NCBI GenBank assembly: GCA_049700835.1 | Contig: JBNAUL010000002.1 | Location: 142,129-206,128 of the forward strand | Direction of reading: 5' to 3' | Length of the DNA stretch: 64,000 bases | DNA from: Candidatus Woesearchaeota archaeon | GTDB taxonomy: Archaea; Nanobdellota; Nanobdellia; Woesearchaeales; WAPY01 | In this document: piece by piece, positions 28,441-38,796 of the stretch | Layout: every line of letters begins with the position of its first letter | How positions within the stretch are numbered: the first letter of the stretch is position 1 | Made by a program: the position numbers and the translations under genes | Notes under the pieces: model-generated | The model's database searches: none | Seen by the model: only the letters and a program-made list of their open reading frames with translations | Told to the model about the DNA's origin: nothing

Positions 28441-28665
28441 TTACAAAAAACTAAAATTCTAAAATAGTGTTTAAGATTTCATTTATAAAGATTACTAAAA
28501 TTAATTGAAATTGTTTTAAAAAGATTTTGTTTGTAAGATTCCTAAAATTATAAGATTGTTCTATCTAAAAAGCAGATACGCATAAAATTTTTTATAATTT
28601 TATTTAGTGCGTCTCCTGAAATAACAAAAAATATTTAAAATATATAAGCATAAAAATTTTTAGAA

Positions 28666-29083
28666 ATGAGAATAATATTAAATTAAAAAGTTAAAAAAAA
28701 TGCGCTTATGATTTAAAATACAATCATAAAGTACAAGGTTTTATATATAATTTATTAAGAGGAACTCATTATTATAAACTTCATGATATTTCAAGTTATA
28801 AATTTATTTAATTTTTCAAACATTATTCCACCCTTTGATTTTAAAACCAATGATGAAAGAACATTGATTATTTCTTCCCCTGATCACAATATAATTAAGT
28901 TATTATCGCAACAGCTAGAAGAAAAAGAAAAAGCTGAAATAGGAAAAATGCTTTTTAAAATCTAAGACTTCTAAATTACACAACCAATTATAAAAAGAGA
29001 TTGTTCATTAATCACAGAACTCCAATTATAATAAGAATTCCAAAAGAAAAATTTTGGGGTAGTTTAAATTGTACTAGTATATG
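28666..29083 (+). pseudogene. cas6: Cas6-like endoribonuclease relic (N-terminal ~130 codons, multiple stops and frameshifts)
   Basis: MRIILN*...YDLKYNHKVQGFIYNLLRGTHYYKLHD...(shift)...LFNFSNIIPPFDF...LIISSPDHNIIKLL...(shift)...FINHRTPIIIRIPKEKF. This resembles the Cas6 N-terminal signature (YNHxxQGxIYN...LH...FxFS). Confidence 0.5.
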
Positions 29084-29207
29084 ATTGAAATTTATTAATC
29101 ATGAGAGGCAACAGAGAAATGTATGGAAAGTTTTAATTTTAATATTTTTGATTAAAAAATAAGGAAAGTGATCCAACAAAAGTAAAAAAAACAAAAAACA
29201 AAAATAT

Positions 29208-31163
29208 TTACTCCCAGAACTCTAATTCCTTCAGTCTTTCAAAGTTATTTTCGTCAACAGCAACGATCTTTGAATCAGTTAAGATGTACAAGTAATCATT
29301 TATGTAAATTGCTCTCTTAACATTCTGCAAGCTTATTGATTTTTTGAGTTGCAGTTTGTTACCTGCATAACTGAATATGTAACCACCGTTTGCGCCTGGC
29401 ATGAAAAATATCTCATGCTTTTTATCCATCAGGAAAGCGTGGTGGGTTGTTAGTATTTCGCTCCAATACTCTGAAAGCACAAACTTGTCAATCTCAGACG
29501 GTTTTTCAACATTGCTCACATCAAACAAAGAAACCTTGACATCACTGCCTTCTTTTCCTATTCCAATGATTGTGTTCTCGTTTATAGGATGCAAGTAAGC
29601 GCTGTAACCAGGTATTTTTAGTTCTCCTTTTATTTCTGGATTTTCAGGGTTTGACAAGTCCATAACATAGAAGGGGTCTGTTTCTCTGAATGTTACAACA
29701 TAAGCTTTGTTTCCAATAAACCTTACTGAATAAATTCTTTCTGTGAGCCCAAACTTTTCTGTTTCCCCAACAACATTGAGATTGTTGTCTAAAATGTATA
29801 GCGCATTTTCAGAATTGCTGCTCCATGTTTCTCCGATTGTTACTGCAATCCTGAAATAATTCTGATACTCGTCCATTGAGAATTGATTTAAAACCCTTCC
29901 TGAGACGTCTGTTGTTGCCTTGAAATCCAAATCTTCAATTCCTATCTTTGCAATCCTTGTTCTGTAAATATCCTTTTTGTGCTTTTCTATGTAATCGTTC
30001 ATTAGGTTTTGTAATTGCAGGCTTTCATCCTCGCCTAAATAAGTCATATAGGATTGGATGAGCATCGAAAGTTCGTTCATCTTTGAATTTTCTGAAATTT
30101 CATAAGAATCAAGCTTTTCAAGTTTGCTTATGAAATCTTCTCCAAAATAGTCCTTATTCTCAAAGATAAAGCCCTTCGTTATCTCATAATAAGTTTTTTG
30201 ATAGTGGATTGTTACAAACAAGTTGTTTTCTGACATGTAAATCTTTGTACTGTAATCAGAAGGAGCCAAAAAGGTTATCTTGTCTTCTATTTCTCCTGTC
30301 TCAGGGTTTATCCTTAAAACAAAATAACTTGTTTCAAGCAGAATGTTTGTTCTTGGATAATAAACATCAACACATTCAACATTAACCCCTTCAATAGGAC
30401 TTAAAAAGCATCCTTGTTTTTCAGCGTAGAAATAATAAAAGTTTTTCTGCAGTACAACATAGAGCTTGTTTTTGTACATTCTTGCATCTATTAATGAAGA
30501 GGAATTGTATTTCAAACTCCATTTTTGCTCATAATCCGATTTTGAGAAAGCCTTTATCCCATCTGTTCCAAAAACAACTATGTTTTCCTGGCTTAACAGT
30601 AGTTCTCCGCTGTAATTCAACTTTTCCTTTATCGACAAGCTTTCTACTGGAAGCGCATTAAAAACAAATGTTGTCCTTTCATAATTTCTTGGAGGCATTA
30701 TGTAATTTGGAGAAGCTTTGACAACAACAGGATAATAAAATTTTTCTATTGAATAGAAAATGTTCTTTCCGTCTGTTTTTACAATATCAGGTTCGTCAAT
30801 TCCTAAAACTTGAATGTTTGTTTCTGAATATCTTTCTGCATAATTTTTTTCATAATCTGCTGTTGTTTCTGCATTGCTTTCTAGTGCAGGAGCACTTTCT
30901 GCCATTGCTTTTGCAATTGAAGCTGTTCTCTCATCAAACGAAGCGCCGATATGAAAGTTTCCCATTGACCGCCTTGAACTTAAAACTTGATAGAACTCCT
31001 CTGCTGAGGAGAATTTTTTAAACGAAGCGTCTTGTTTTTCAGTAATTGTTATCCCTGCACTTGGCGATGGATGCAATGTATACAAAATGCTTATTAAGAC
31101 CAATGTTGCTAAAAATGCCAAAACAGTAATTCCTATCAAAAAAAACGTTTTTTGATTTTTCAT
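29208..31163 (-). CDS. secreted/anchored beta-propeller domain protein (Beta_propel family, COG4880-like)
   Basis: N-terminal TM segment. C-terminal YSVRFIGNKAYVVTFRETDPFYVMDLSNPENPEIKGELKIPGYSAYLHP is the hallmark block of this family. Confidence 0.8.
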   Translation of the reverse strand: MKNQKTFFLIGITVLAFLATLVLISILYTLHPSPSAGITITEKQDASFKKFSSAEEFYQVLSSRRSMGNFHIGASFDERTASIAKAMAESAPALESNAETTADYEKNYAERYSETNIQVLGIDEPDIVKTDGKNIFYSIEKFYYPVVVKASPNYIMPPRNYERTTFVFNALPVESLSIKEKLNYSGELLLSQENIVVFGTDGIKAFSKSDYEQKWSLKYNSSSLIDARMYKNKLYVVLQKNFYYFYAEKQGCFLSPIEGVNVECVDVYYPRTNILLETSYFVLRINPETGEIEDKITFLAPSDYSTKIYMSENNLFVTIHYQKTYYEITKGFIFENKDYFGEDFISKLEKLDSYEISENSKMNELSMLIQSYMTYLGEDESLQLQNLMNDYIEKHKKDIYRTRIAKIGIEDLDFKATTDVSGRVLNQFSMDEYQNYFRIAVTIGETWSSNSENALYILDNNLNVVGETEKFGLTERIYSVRFIGNKAYVVTFRETDPFYVMDLSNPENPEIKGELKIPGYSAYLHPINENTIIGIGKEGSDVKVSLFDVSNVEKPSEIDKFVLSEYWSEILTTHHAFLMDKKHEIFFMPGANGGYIFSYAGNKLQLKKSISLQNVKRAIYINDYLYILTDSKIVAVDENNFERLKELEFWE

Positions 31164-31354
31164 TTTTTCACCTCAAAAATTTTTAACTCTTTTTTCAACT
31201 TTTTGTTTTGATTTTTTTTATCAGGAATAAAGAACTAGTAAAAGGAATTTATATAAAAATCTTGTTATAACTTCAAGTTAAATTGAAGTTATGAGTTTTA
31301 AACATCAACAAAAATGAGTAAGATATTTAAGCTTTAACTTTATCATTGTATATT

Positions 31355-32386
31355 ATGAAAGAAGCAATGTTCTATGAAATAGTCAAGAAAGAGGGTTTTG
31401 AAAACAGCGTTAACTGCAAACTCTGCCCTCACAACTGCTTTATAAAGAACAGCGAATATGGTTTTTGTGGGGTTAGAAAGAACATTGAAGGCAAACTTTA
31501 TTCTCTTGTTTATAACAAACCTGTCTCTTTAAACATAGACCCTATAGAAAAAAAACCTCTGTATCATTTTTTGCCAGGAAGCAGCGCTCTATCCATCGGA
31601 ACTTTTGGCTGCAATCTTTCGTGCTTGAACTGCCAAAATTTTGAAATCTCTGCTGTAAGAAAAGGAATTGCAGAAAAAGAACTAATCTTGGTAAACGAGA
31701 CAGAGCCAGAAGTTATTGTGGAAACTGCAAAGAAGAGGAATTGCGAGAGCATAGCTTATACTTACAACGAGCCGACTGTTTTTTACGAATATGCTCTTGA
31801 AACAATGAAAATAGCAAAGAGAAACGGGTTGAAGAATGTTTTTGTGAGCAATGGATACATAAACGAGCAGCCTCTAAGAAAAATAATTCCTTATTTGGAT
31901 GCCATAAATGTTGATTTAAAATTCTTCAACGAGGAAAAGTATAAGGAAATAACGAGCGGTTCCCTAAAGAATGTTTTGAAAACCCTGGAAATCCTGAATG
32001 AAGAGAATGTATGGACAGAAATAACAAATCTGTTGATTCCAGAGTTGAATGACAACTCAGAGGAAATTGAGGAAATGGTCTCTTGGATAAGCAAAACTTT
32101 CAAGAAAAAATCTGTCCTGCACTTCTCAAGGTTCTTCCCAATGTACAGAATGACCGACAAGGAAGTTACTCCTGCAAAGAGTTTGCTCAAGGCATACGAG
32201 ATTGCTGTTAAAAAGATAAATTTTGTTTATGTAGGCAACATATATTTACAGAACAAGAACAATACTTATTGCCCTAATTGCAAGAGATTAATTGTAGAAA
32301 GAGGAGGGTTTGAAATCTTAGAAAACAACATCGTTAATGGAAGATGCAGGTTTTGCGATGAAAAGATTCCTGGAATTTGGGAGTAA
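31355..32386 (+). CDS. AmmeMemoRadiSam-system radical SAM enzyme (PFL-activase-like)
   Basis: CKLCPHNCFIKNSEYGFCGVRKN plus the radical-SAM cluster GCNLSCLNCQN. ATG 31355 is preferred over the TTG at 31346. Confidence 0.85.
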   Translation: MKEAMFYEIVKKEGFENSVNCKLCPHNCFIKNSEYGFCGVRKNIEGKLYSLVYNKPVSLNIDPIEKKPLYHFLPGSSALSIGTFGCNLSCLNCQNFEISAVRKGIAEKELILVNETEPEVIVETAKKRNCESIAYTYNEPTVFYEYALETMKIAKRNGLKNVFVSNGYINEQPLRKIIPYLDAINVDLKFFNEEKYKEITSGSLKNVLKTLEILNEENVWTEITNLLIPELNDNSEEIEEMVSWISKTFKKKSVLHFSRFFPMYRMTDKEVTPAKSLLKAYEIAVKKINFVYVGNIYLQNKNNTYCPNCKRLIVERGGFEILENNIVNGRCRFCDEKIPGIWE

Positions 32387-32449
32387 TCCGAAAGATTTTC
32401 AGGAAAAAATTGATTAGAATTTTAAAAACTATTTTCTTTAAGCAAATTC

Positions 32450-33445
32450 ATGGAACTTAAATCTCTGAATTTAGGAATTCTGTTTGTTTTTTCCTGCTCA
32501 ATGATCCTTTTCAGCGCGCTTCAGAGCGATTTTTCAACTGCAAATATGCTTTCCAATGAGACACAAAATGCTGAAATTTCTAATAGCAGCATAATGCTTA
32601 AGAAATTATTTTTTAAAGATGGAGACGCCTACTTTGAGATTTTAGTTTGCAGGGCAAACACGAGAAAGTATGCTGTAAAGGCGTACATTGAATGCATTGA
32701 TGAAAATTCAAAAAAAACAAAGAATCATGTTTCAACATTTTATGCAAGAAAAGATGGTTGCTATAACTTTAATTTCAGCGTTAATTATAAAGAAAATATT
32801 TTGAACAATAATTGCTCTTTGATTGTTGAAGGGCTTGGCATCCTTATGCAAGAAGAAATTGAGCGCTATGATATTAATGCTGAAATCTTTGAAATTGTGA
32901 GAAATGGAGATTTCCTTGAAACAACGCTAAAAATAGAAAACAACGAATTTGAAGACAAAAATTTAATCGCAAGAGGAAAACTTTTTTCAGAACAAAGAGA
33001 AATTGACGTTTCTGAAAAAGAATTTTCTCTTAAAGGAAATTCAGAAGTCCTTGTTGTGCTAAGAAACATTTTAAGCTTAGAAGCAGAGCATTTGAGTGTT
33101 GAAATTCTAAAAGAAAACATTGCAGTATTTGAAGAAATCAGTGACATAAGTTCATTTGCAAAAGACCTGAATTTGCAGTTGCAAGAGAATGATACGAATG
33201 ATGCTGCAGGAATAAAATCTTTGAACAATTCTGCTGAAAACAATTTTTATCAAGAAGAAAATTCTAAGAAAATTGAAACTGAGAAAATGAATTTTTCAGC
33301 GAACAAAAACAGCGCTCAAGATTTAAATAAAACCTGTGTTCAAAAAACAAGTTGCAGTTGCAGGGATTATCAAAGATTGGTTGCTCTTTACACATTCCTC
33401 TTCCTTTCAGTAATGCTCAACATTATTCTGATAGCAAAGAGATGA
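32450..33445 (+). CDS. hypothetical secreted protein with C-terminal TM anchor
   Basis: N-terminal signal-like segment and C-terminal LVALYTFLFLSVMLNIILIA. Confidence 0.5.
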   Translation: MELKSLNLGILFVFSCSMILFSALQSDFSTANMLSNETQNAEISNSSIMLKKLFFKDGDAYFEILVCRANTRKYAVKAYIECIDENSKKTKNHVSTFYARKDGCYNFNFSVNYKENILNNNCSLIVEGLGILMQEEIERYDINAEIFEIVRNGDFLETTLKIENNEFEDKNLIARGKLFSEQREIDVSEKEFSLKGNSEVLVVLRNILSLEAEHLSVEILKENIAVFEEISDISSFAKDLNLQLQENDTNDAAGIKSLNNSAENNFYQEENSKKIETEKMNFSANKNSAQDLNKTCVQKTSCSCRDYQRLVALYTFLFLSVMLNIILIAKR

Positions 33446-33520
33446 CAACAAACAAAAAACAAGAAAACAAAGAAACTAAAAAGAAAAAGATTTATAAAAC
33501 AAAACCCTTTCTTAAAAATT

Positions 33521-34153
33521 ATGAAAGATGTTGAGAACCCAATAATTGCAAGGGCAATAATAGAACTCATAGGAACTCCAAAAAAGTATTTGGAAGAAAC
33601 AGCGCACAAGATAGTTGACAGCTTGACTTCAAGGAAAGAACTAAGCGTTTTAAAAAAGGAATTCTTTGAACCATCAGACAAGGGAAAATTCTTTTCAACC
33701 TTTTGCGAGCTTGAAATAAGCTTTAATGATTTGAGCGCTCTGATGAATTTTTGCATTGATTACCTTCCTTCTTCAATAGAGGTCTTAGAACCGCCAAACC
33801 TTAATTCAAATGCAATAGCGCTAACAAACTTCTTCAACGACCTTTTAGCTAAGTTGCACACTTTGGACATGGGTTACAAAGAGTTGACAGCGCAGAAGAA
33901 GATACTTGAAGAAAACATGCTAAAACTTTTAAGGAATAATGTTATGATTACATTGAGAGAAGCAAAGGAACCATTAGAAATTGAAACCCTGTCAAGGAGA
34001 GTTGGAATCCCAAAAGAGCAGTTGGAACCAATGCTAAATCTTTGGATTGAAGAGGAACACATAGTGAAACAGGACTCAAAATATACTCTCCCTGAGTTAA
34101 AATTAGAGAAGGATAATTCAAAAAAAGAGGAAAAAGAAAGCCAAAAAAAATAA
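33521..34153 (+). CDS. hypothetical protein with C-terminal winged-helix-like segment
   Basis: LEIETLSRRVGIPKEQLEPMLNLWIEEEHIVKQ. TATA-like GATTTATAAAAC lies ~25 nt upstream, suggesting a leaderless mRNA. Confidence 0.5.
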   Translation: MKDVENPIIARAIIELIGTPKKYLEETAHKIVDSLTSRKELSVLKKEFFEPSDKGKFFSTFCELEISFNDLSALMNFCIDYLPSSIEVLEPPNLNSNAIALTNFFNDLLAKLHTLDMGYKELTAQKKILEENMLKLLRNNVMITLREAKEPLEIETLSRRVGIPKEQLEPMLNLWIEEEHIVKQDSKYTLPELKLEKDNSKKEEKESQKK

Positions 34154-34284
34154 AAATCATAAAAAGTTATTAGAGATTTATGAGATAATTAGTAGGAGAG
34201 TTAAATAAAAAATAGGCAGGTCTTGTTTTTATCTAATAAAAAATTTTATAATAAAATCTGCTTGCTTTTCATCCATGATTTCAA

Positions 34285-35217
34285 ATGGCACAAGAAAAGG
34301 AAAAAAGAGAGGAATCTGAGGATTTTGAGAACCAAGTTAACAGCGTTGAAGCTGTTTTATTTGCATCTGGAAAACCAATGACCGCAGAGGAGATATCAAA
34401 GATATGCAAGCTTAGTAACGAAGAAGTTCTTAAGGCGCTGGGGTTTTTAAAAAAGAGATACGAGAGCGGAACTTCTCTAACTCTTATAGAATACAACAAT
34501 GCATGGAAACTCACAGTAAGGGAGAAATTTATTGGTCATGTTAGGAAGATTGTGCCTCACACAGAACTTACAAAAACCCTTCTTGAAACCCTTGCAGTGA
34601 TTGCATGGAAAGCCCCTGTTTTACAGTCAGACATAATAAAGATAAGAACTAACAAAGCATATGACCACATAAACGAACTTGCAGCTCAGGGCTTTATAAC
34701 AAAAGAAAAGCATGGAAAAACAGCTCTTTTAAAGCTTACAAAAAAGTTTTATGATTATTTTGAAATAGATGAAACAACTGATTTGAGCAAGATCCTTAAC
34801 AAGATGCAGCCCAGCAGGAAAAAACCACAAGTTGAATTTTACGGAGAGAAAGAAAGAAAAGCTGAAAACAAACAAAGAAGCATAGAGAAAAAAGAAGAAT
34901 ATAAAGATGAAAATAAGAAAGAAAATGATAAAATAGAAAGCGCTGATGCTAGCAAGAAAAAAGAAGAAAAAGAAGAAAGAGGATTGCCAAAAAAAGAGCA
35001 AAAAAAATTTCATGGGCTTGAAGAAGAACAGGAAGAAGTAAATGAGCTAAAAGAGAAATCTTCTGAAATCAGGCAGGAGAAAGAAGAGCAAGAAGAAAGC
35101 GATAAAGGCATAGAAACCAATAATAACCAAAACAATGAAAACAGAATAGAGAAAGATTTTAATGATTCTTATGAAAATTATGAATATGATAAGGATTTAA
35201 GCAGCAAAAAAGAGTAA
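34285..35217 (+). CDS. scpB: segregation and condensation protein B with ~135-aa Lys/Glu-rich C-terminal tail
   Basis: VEAVLFASGKPMTAEEISKI... and LLETLAVIAWKAPVLQSDIIKIRT (tandem wHTH). The tail starts at about nt 34807. Confidence 0.85.
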   Translation: MAQEKEKREESEDFENQVNSVEAVLFASGKPMTAEEISKICKLSNEEVLKALGFLKKRYESGTSLTLIEYNNAWKLTVREKFIGHVRKIVPHTELTKTLLETLAVIAWKAPVLQSDIIKIRTNKAYDHINELAAQGFITKEKHGKTALLKLTKKFYDYFEIDETTDLSKILNKMQPSRKKPQVEFYGEKERKAENKQRSIEKKEEYKDENKKENDKIESADASKKKEEKEERGLPKKEQKKFHGLEEEQEEVNELKEKSSEIRQEKEEQEESDKGIETNNNQNNENRIEKDFNDSYENYEYDKDLSSKKE

Positions 35218-35353
35218 AGAGAATAAAGAGAATTAAGGAAAAGCATAAATAAAAGCATTAAAAAGCATTAAATAAATTCAATTAAAATGAACTAAATCAA
35301 CATGAATTAAATTAACAAAAATCAGGATAAAAAATTAAAGAGGTGTTTTAATC

Positions 35354-35506
35354 ATGGTTGTTTTGGAGTTGAAATGCCCGAATTGCCACAACAAGATGCT
35401 CTACAGCCCAAAGAAGGACTATCTTAAAAAGAGCAAGAGGTGCGTTTATTGTGGAAAGAGTTTTAGGGTTAGTTCAAATATTTTAAGAATAGTAAGAAAA
35501 TATTAA
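35354..35506 (+). CDS. 50-aa zinc-ribbon protein (below the ORF-track cutoff)
   Basis: MVVLELKCPNCHNKMLYSPKKDYLKKSKRCVYCGKSFRVSSNILRIVRKY. AGGTG SD at 35341-35345. Confidence 0.5.
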   Translation: MVVLELKCPNCHNKMLYSPKKDYLKKSKRCVYCGKSFRVSSNILRIVRKY

Positions 35507-35550
35507 AATGAAAGATTGAAAGAATTGATAGAGAATGCCGAGAGACTAAA

Positions 35551-38004
35551 ATGAAAGAGAAGAAGGAAAACATTAAAGAAGGAAACATTGAAGATGAGAT
35601 GAAATCCTCTTATCTTGATTATGCAATGTCTGTCATAGTTGGAAGGGCTCTTCCTGATGTCAAAGACGGGTTAAAACCTGTCCATAGGAGAATTTTGTAT
35701 ACTATGCATCAGATGAAGCTCTTCCACAGCAAGCAGTTCAAAAAATCAGCAAGAGTTGTTGGAGATGTTCTTGGAAAATACCATCCGCACGGAGACGCTG
35801 CTGTTTATGATGCTTTGGTGAGAATGGCTCAGCCTTTTTCAATGAGATACCCTTTGATTGACGGTCAGGGAAATTTTGGAAGCATTGATGGGGATAGTGC
35901 TGCTGCAATGCGTTACACAGAGGTCCGTCTTTCAAAGATTGCTGAAGAGTTGTTGAAAGACATTGAGAAGGAAACAGTTGATTTTGGAAAGAATTTTGAC
36001 AATACCCTTGAAGAGCCGCTCTTCCTTCCTTCCAGAATACCAAACTTATTGCTAAATGGAAGCTCTGGAATTGCTGTTGGAATGGCAACCAACATTCCTC
36101 CTCACAACCTGTCAGAGGTTTTTGAAGCATTGGCAAGATTAATTGACAATCCTGAAATGAGCATAGAAGGCATAATGAGCATAATAAAAGGTCCTGATTT
36201 TCCAACAGGAGGTCTTGTATATTCAAATGGTAATCTTATAAATGCCTACAAAAACGGGCGTGGGCAGGTAATTGTAAGGGCAAGAACAGAAGTTGAATCA
36301 AAAGCAAAAAAGAATAGCATAATAATCACAGAAATTCCTTTCCAAGTAAACAAATCTCTGCTTCTCGAAGAAATTGCAAACCTTGTTAAGAACAAAACAA
36401 TTGAAGGAATTTCTGACATAAGAGATGAAAGTGACAAGGAAGGAGTTAGGATTGTAATCTCATTAAAGCAGGATGTTAATCCTGAAATAACTCTTAATCA
36501 ACTATTCCATCATACAAAGTTGCAGACGAATTATGGAATAATCATGCTATGCCTTGTTGAAGGCAAGCCAAGAATATTAAACATAAAGGAACTCCTTCTT
36601 AATTTCATTGATTACAGGAAGAAAACAATAACAAGGGCTCTCAATTTTGATTTGAGAAAAGCAAAGGAAAGAGTGCACATAGTAGAAGGGCTTGTAATAG
36701 CATTAAAGAGGATTGATGAGGTGATTGCAAAGATTAAGCAGTCAGGAAACATTGAAGAAGCTAAGAACTCCTTAATGAATGAATTCGGTTTGAGCGAGAA
36801 GCAGGCATTGGCAATATTGGAGATGAAACTGCAGAGATTATCAAGGTTGGAGTTTCAAAAGACAATTGAAGAAAAGGAATCCCTGCTCAAAACAATTGAG
36901 GAACTGAACAGAATTCTTGGCTCTGAAAACGAAATTCTAAAAATAATGAAAAAGGAATTTGAGGAATTAAAGAATGCTTATGGTGATAAGAGAAGGACAG
37001 ACATGGTTAAAGAGGAAAGCATTGAGCTTGATGTTGAGGACTTAATAAAAAGAGAGGATGTTGTGATAACCCTTACCAACAAAGGCTATATAAAAAGAAC
37101 TTCTCTTAAAGAATACAGAACACAAAACAGAGGAGGTAGAGGGCTTGTTGGAACTCAAACAAGAGAAGAGGATTTTGTTAAGAATGTTTTAATAGCAAAC
37201 ACTCACTCGTGGTTGTTGTTCTTCACAGACAAGGGAAGGTTCTTCAGGCTGAAGGTTTATAAGATTCCTGAAACAGGAAGAAATTCAAAAGGAAGGGCTG
37301 TTGTAAATCTCTTGGAATTAGAGCAAGGGGAAAATATAACAGCGCTTCTTCCAATTGAGGAATTCAACTCTGGTTTAATATTGATGGCAACATCAAGAGG
37401 AACAATTAAAAAATCAAGATTGAGCGATTACTTCACATCAAGAAATGGAGTAAGAGCAATACTCTTGGAAGAAAATGACAAGCTTATAGGAGTTGACATA
37501 GTAAGAGAAAACAATTTTGTAATACTTGCAACAAAAAACGGGTTTGCAGCAAGATTCAAAGAGGATGAAGTAAGAACAATGGGAAGGGTGACAAGAGGAG
37601 TCTGCGGAATAAAATTAAAGAGCAGCGATGAGGTAGTAGGAATGGTCGTGTCTGAAAGCGAAGAAGAAACCCTTCTCACAACCAGCGAAAACGGATTTGG
37701 AAAGAGAACTTATGTCAAGGATTACAGACTAACAGGAAGGGCTGTAAATGGAGTTATAAACCTTAAGGTAAATGAAAAAACAGGAAAGGTTGTTGCATTA
37801 AAAACAGTAAATGACAATGATGAGATAATACTGATTACAAAGTTTGGTTACACAATAAGGCTTCCTGTTAAGCAAATATCTGTTGTTGGCAGAAACACGC
37901 AAGGAGTAAGACTTATAAAACTTGAACAAGAAGACAAGGTTGTAGGAGTTGAGAGGATAAGAGGGGATAACAAACTTGATAATTCAAATCAGGAAGCAAA
38001 ATAA
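35551..38004 (+). CDS. gyrA: DNA gyrase subunit A
   Basis: [35 protein letters not shown] (catalytic Tyr), and a C-terminal beta-pinwheel region; 817 aa. Confidence 0.97.
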   Translation: MKEKKENIKEGNIEDEMKSSYLDYAMSVIVGRALPDVKDGLKPVHRRILYTMHQMKLFHSKQFKKSARVVGDVLGKYHPHGDAAVYDALVRMAQPFSMRYPLIDGQGNFGSIDGDSAAAMRYTEVRLSKIAEELLKDIEKETVDFGKNFDNTLEEPLFLPSRIPNLLLNGSSGIAVGMATNIPPHNLSEVFEALARLIDNPEMSIEGIMSIIKGPDFPTGGLVYSNGNLINAYKNGRGQVIVRARTEVESKAKKNSIIITEIPFQVNKSLLLEEIANLVKNKTIEGISDIRDESDKEGVRIVISLKQDVNPEITLNQLFHHTKLQTNYGIIMLCLVEGKPRILNIKELLLNFIDYRKKTITRALNFDLRKAKERVHIVEGLVIALKRIDEVIAKIKQSGNIEEAKNSLMNEFGLSEKQALAILEMKLQRLSRLEFQKTIEEKESLLKTIEELNRILGSENEILKIMKKEFEELKNAYGDKRRTDMVKEESIELDVEDLIKREDVVITLTNKGYIKRTSLKEYRTQNRGGRGLVGTQTREEDFVKNVLIANTHSWLLFFTDKGRFFRLKVYKIPETGRNSKGRAVVNLLELEQGENITALLPIEEFNSGLILMATSRGTIKKSRLSDYFTSRNGVRAILLEENDKLIGVDIVRENNFVILATKNGFAARFKEDEVRTMGRVTRGVCGIKLKSSDEVVGMVVSESEEETLLTTSENGFGKRTYVKDYRLTGRAVNGVINLKVNEKTGKVVALKTVNDNDEIILITKFGYTIRLPVKQISVVGRNTQGVRLIKLEQEDKVVGVERIRGDNKLDNSNQEAK

Positions 38005-38355
38005 AAATTCAGAAGAAATAAAATAATTAAATAAAATAAAATAATAAGAACAGTAACAAAAATAAATAAAATATGAAAATATAAAATATTAAATAATAAT
38101 TTAAAACAATCAAAAACAATTAAAATTAAAATAATACAATAATAAAATAAGCTAGGCAAAACAAGTAAAGTACAATTAAAGTGCAGCCTGCAAATGCCAA
38201 ATATTGCAAAAAAAGATAAAACTAATTGCTTAAAACAAAAATTATAAAAACATCAAAAGAATAATCAAAAATATTAAAAATATTAAATAAGATTAATTAA
38301 ATATGATTTGCTTAACAAAAGCATATTAAATGCATATTAACGGAAGGTGGTTTAA

Positions 38356-38619
38356 ATGAATAAAAAACACTTGGAGTCAGCTGCTGTGTTCTTGTTCTTG
38401 TTTGGGCTCTTTATTGGAGTTGCAATGCTAAACAATGAAAAGACAATAACAGGCATGAGCGTTATGGGATTTGAAAAAGAAGAGATGCCGATATTTGCTT
38501 TTTTCACAGGATTTATGATTTTTATAATAGGAACCGCAATTCTTCTTTATGCGATTAAAAGACAGGAAAAGAAGCAGGAGCAAAAACAAAAGCAAAATTT
38601 TTATTCTGAGAAAAAATAA
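38356..38619 (+). CDS. small membrane protein, hypothetical
   Basis: Two TM segments. GGTGG SD upstream. Confidence 0.45.
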   Translation: MNKKHLESAAVFLFLFGLFIGVAMLNNEKTITGMSVMGFEKEEMPIFAFFTGFMIFIIGTAILLYAIKRQEKKQEQKQKQNFYSEKK

Positions 38620-38741
38620 AGGATTAAATAATTAAAAAATAATTAAAATTAAAAAATAAAAGAGCAAAGTAAAAACTATAAGACAACATAAAAATAAAAT
38701 ACAAAAGAGTTTTTGATTTAGATTTTTACGATTTTGCAAAA

Positions 38742-38778
38742 CAGCAAAAAAACAAAAAACAAAAATGTTTAAATAGGA
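38742..38778 (+). promoter_or_regulatory. proS promoter: A-rich upstream 18-mer plus TTTAAATAGGA TATA element
   Basis: CAGCAAAAAAACAAAAAA (38742-38759) is identical to 43528-43545. The TATA element ends 19 nt before ATG 38797, suggesting a leaderless mRNA. Confidence 0.5.
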
Positions 38779-38796
38779 AATTTGTTTTCAGTTTTT

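Noticed and set aside
28441-28665. Possible degenerate CRISPR array next to the Cas6 relic: CTAAAATT...AAGATT recurs three times at ~45-nt spacing.
   Set aside because: The shared units are only about 8 nt plus 6 nt. There is no 24-40-nt repeat and no regular repeat-spacer architecture. This is consistent with AT-rich chance similarity.
33521-34153. The 210-aa ORF directly upstream of scpB, considered as the kleisin ScpA.
   Set aside because: It lacks the ScpA N-terminal helical motif (the GPLDLLL-type block) and is shorter than ScpA. Only a generic winged-helix-like C-terminus is visible.
38005-38355. A 350-bp nearly G/C-free, A-rich tract downstream of gyrA, considered as a replication origin or DNA unwinding element. 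The 13.2-13.45 kb spacer was considered likewise.
   Set aside because: No ORB-like repeats with G-rich cores are present, and no orc1/cdc6 gene is nearby. Low-complexity A-rich spacers are common throughout this window.
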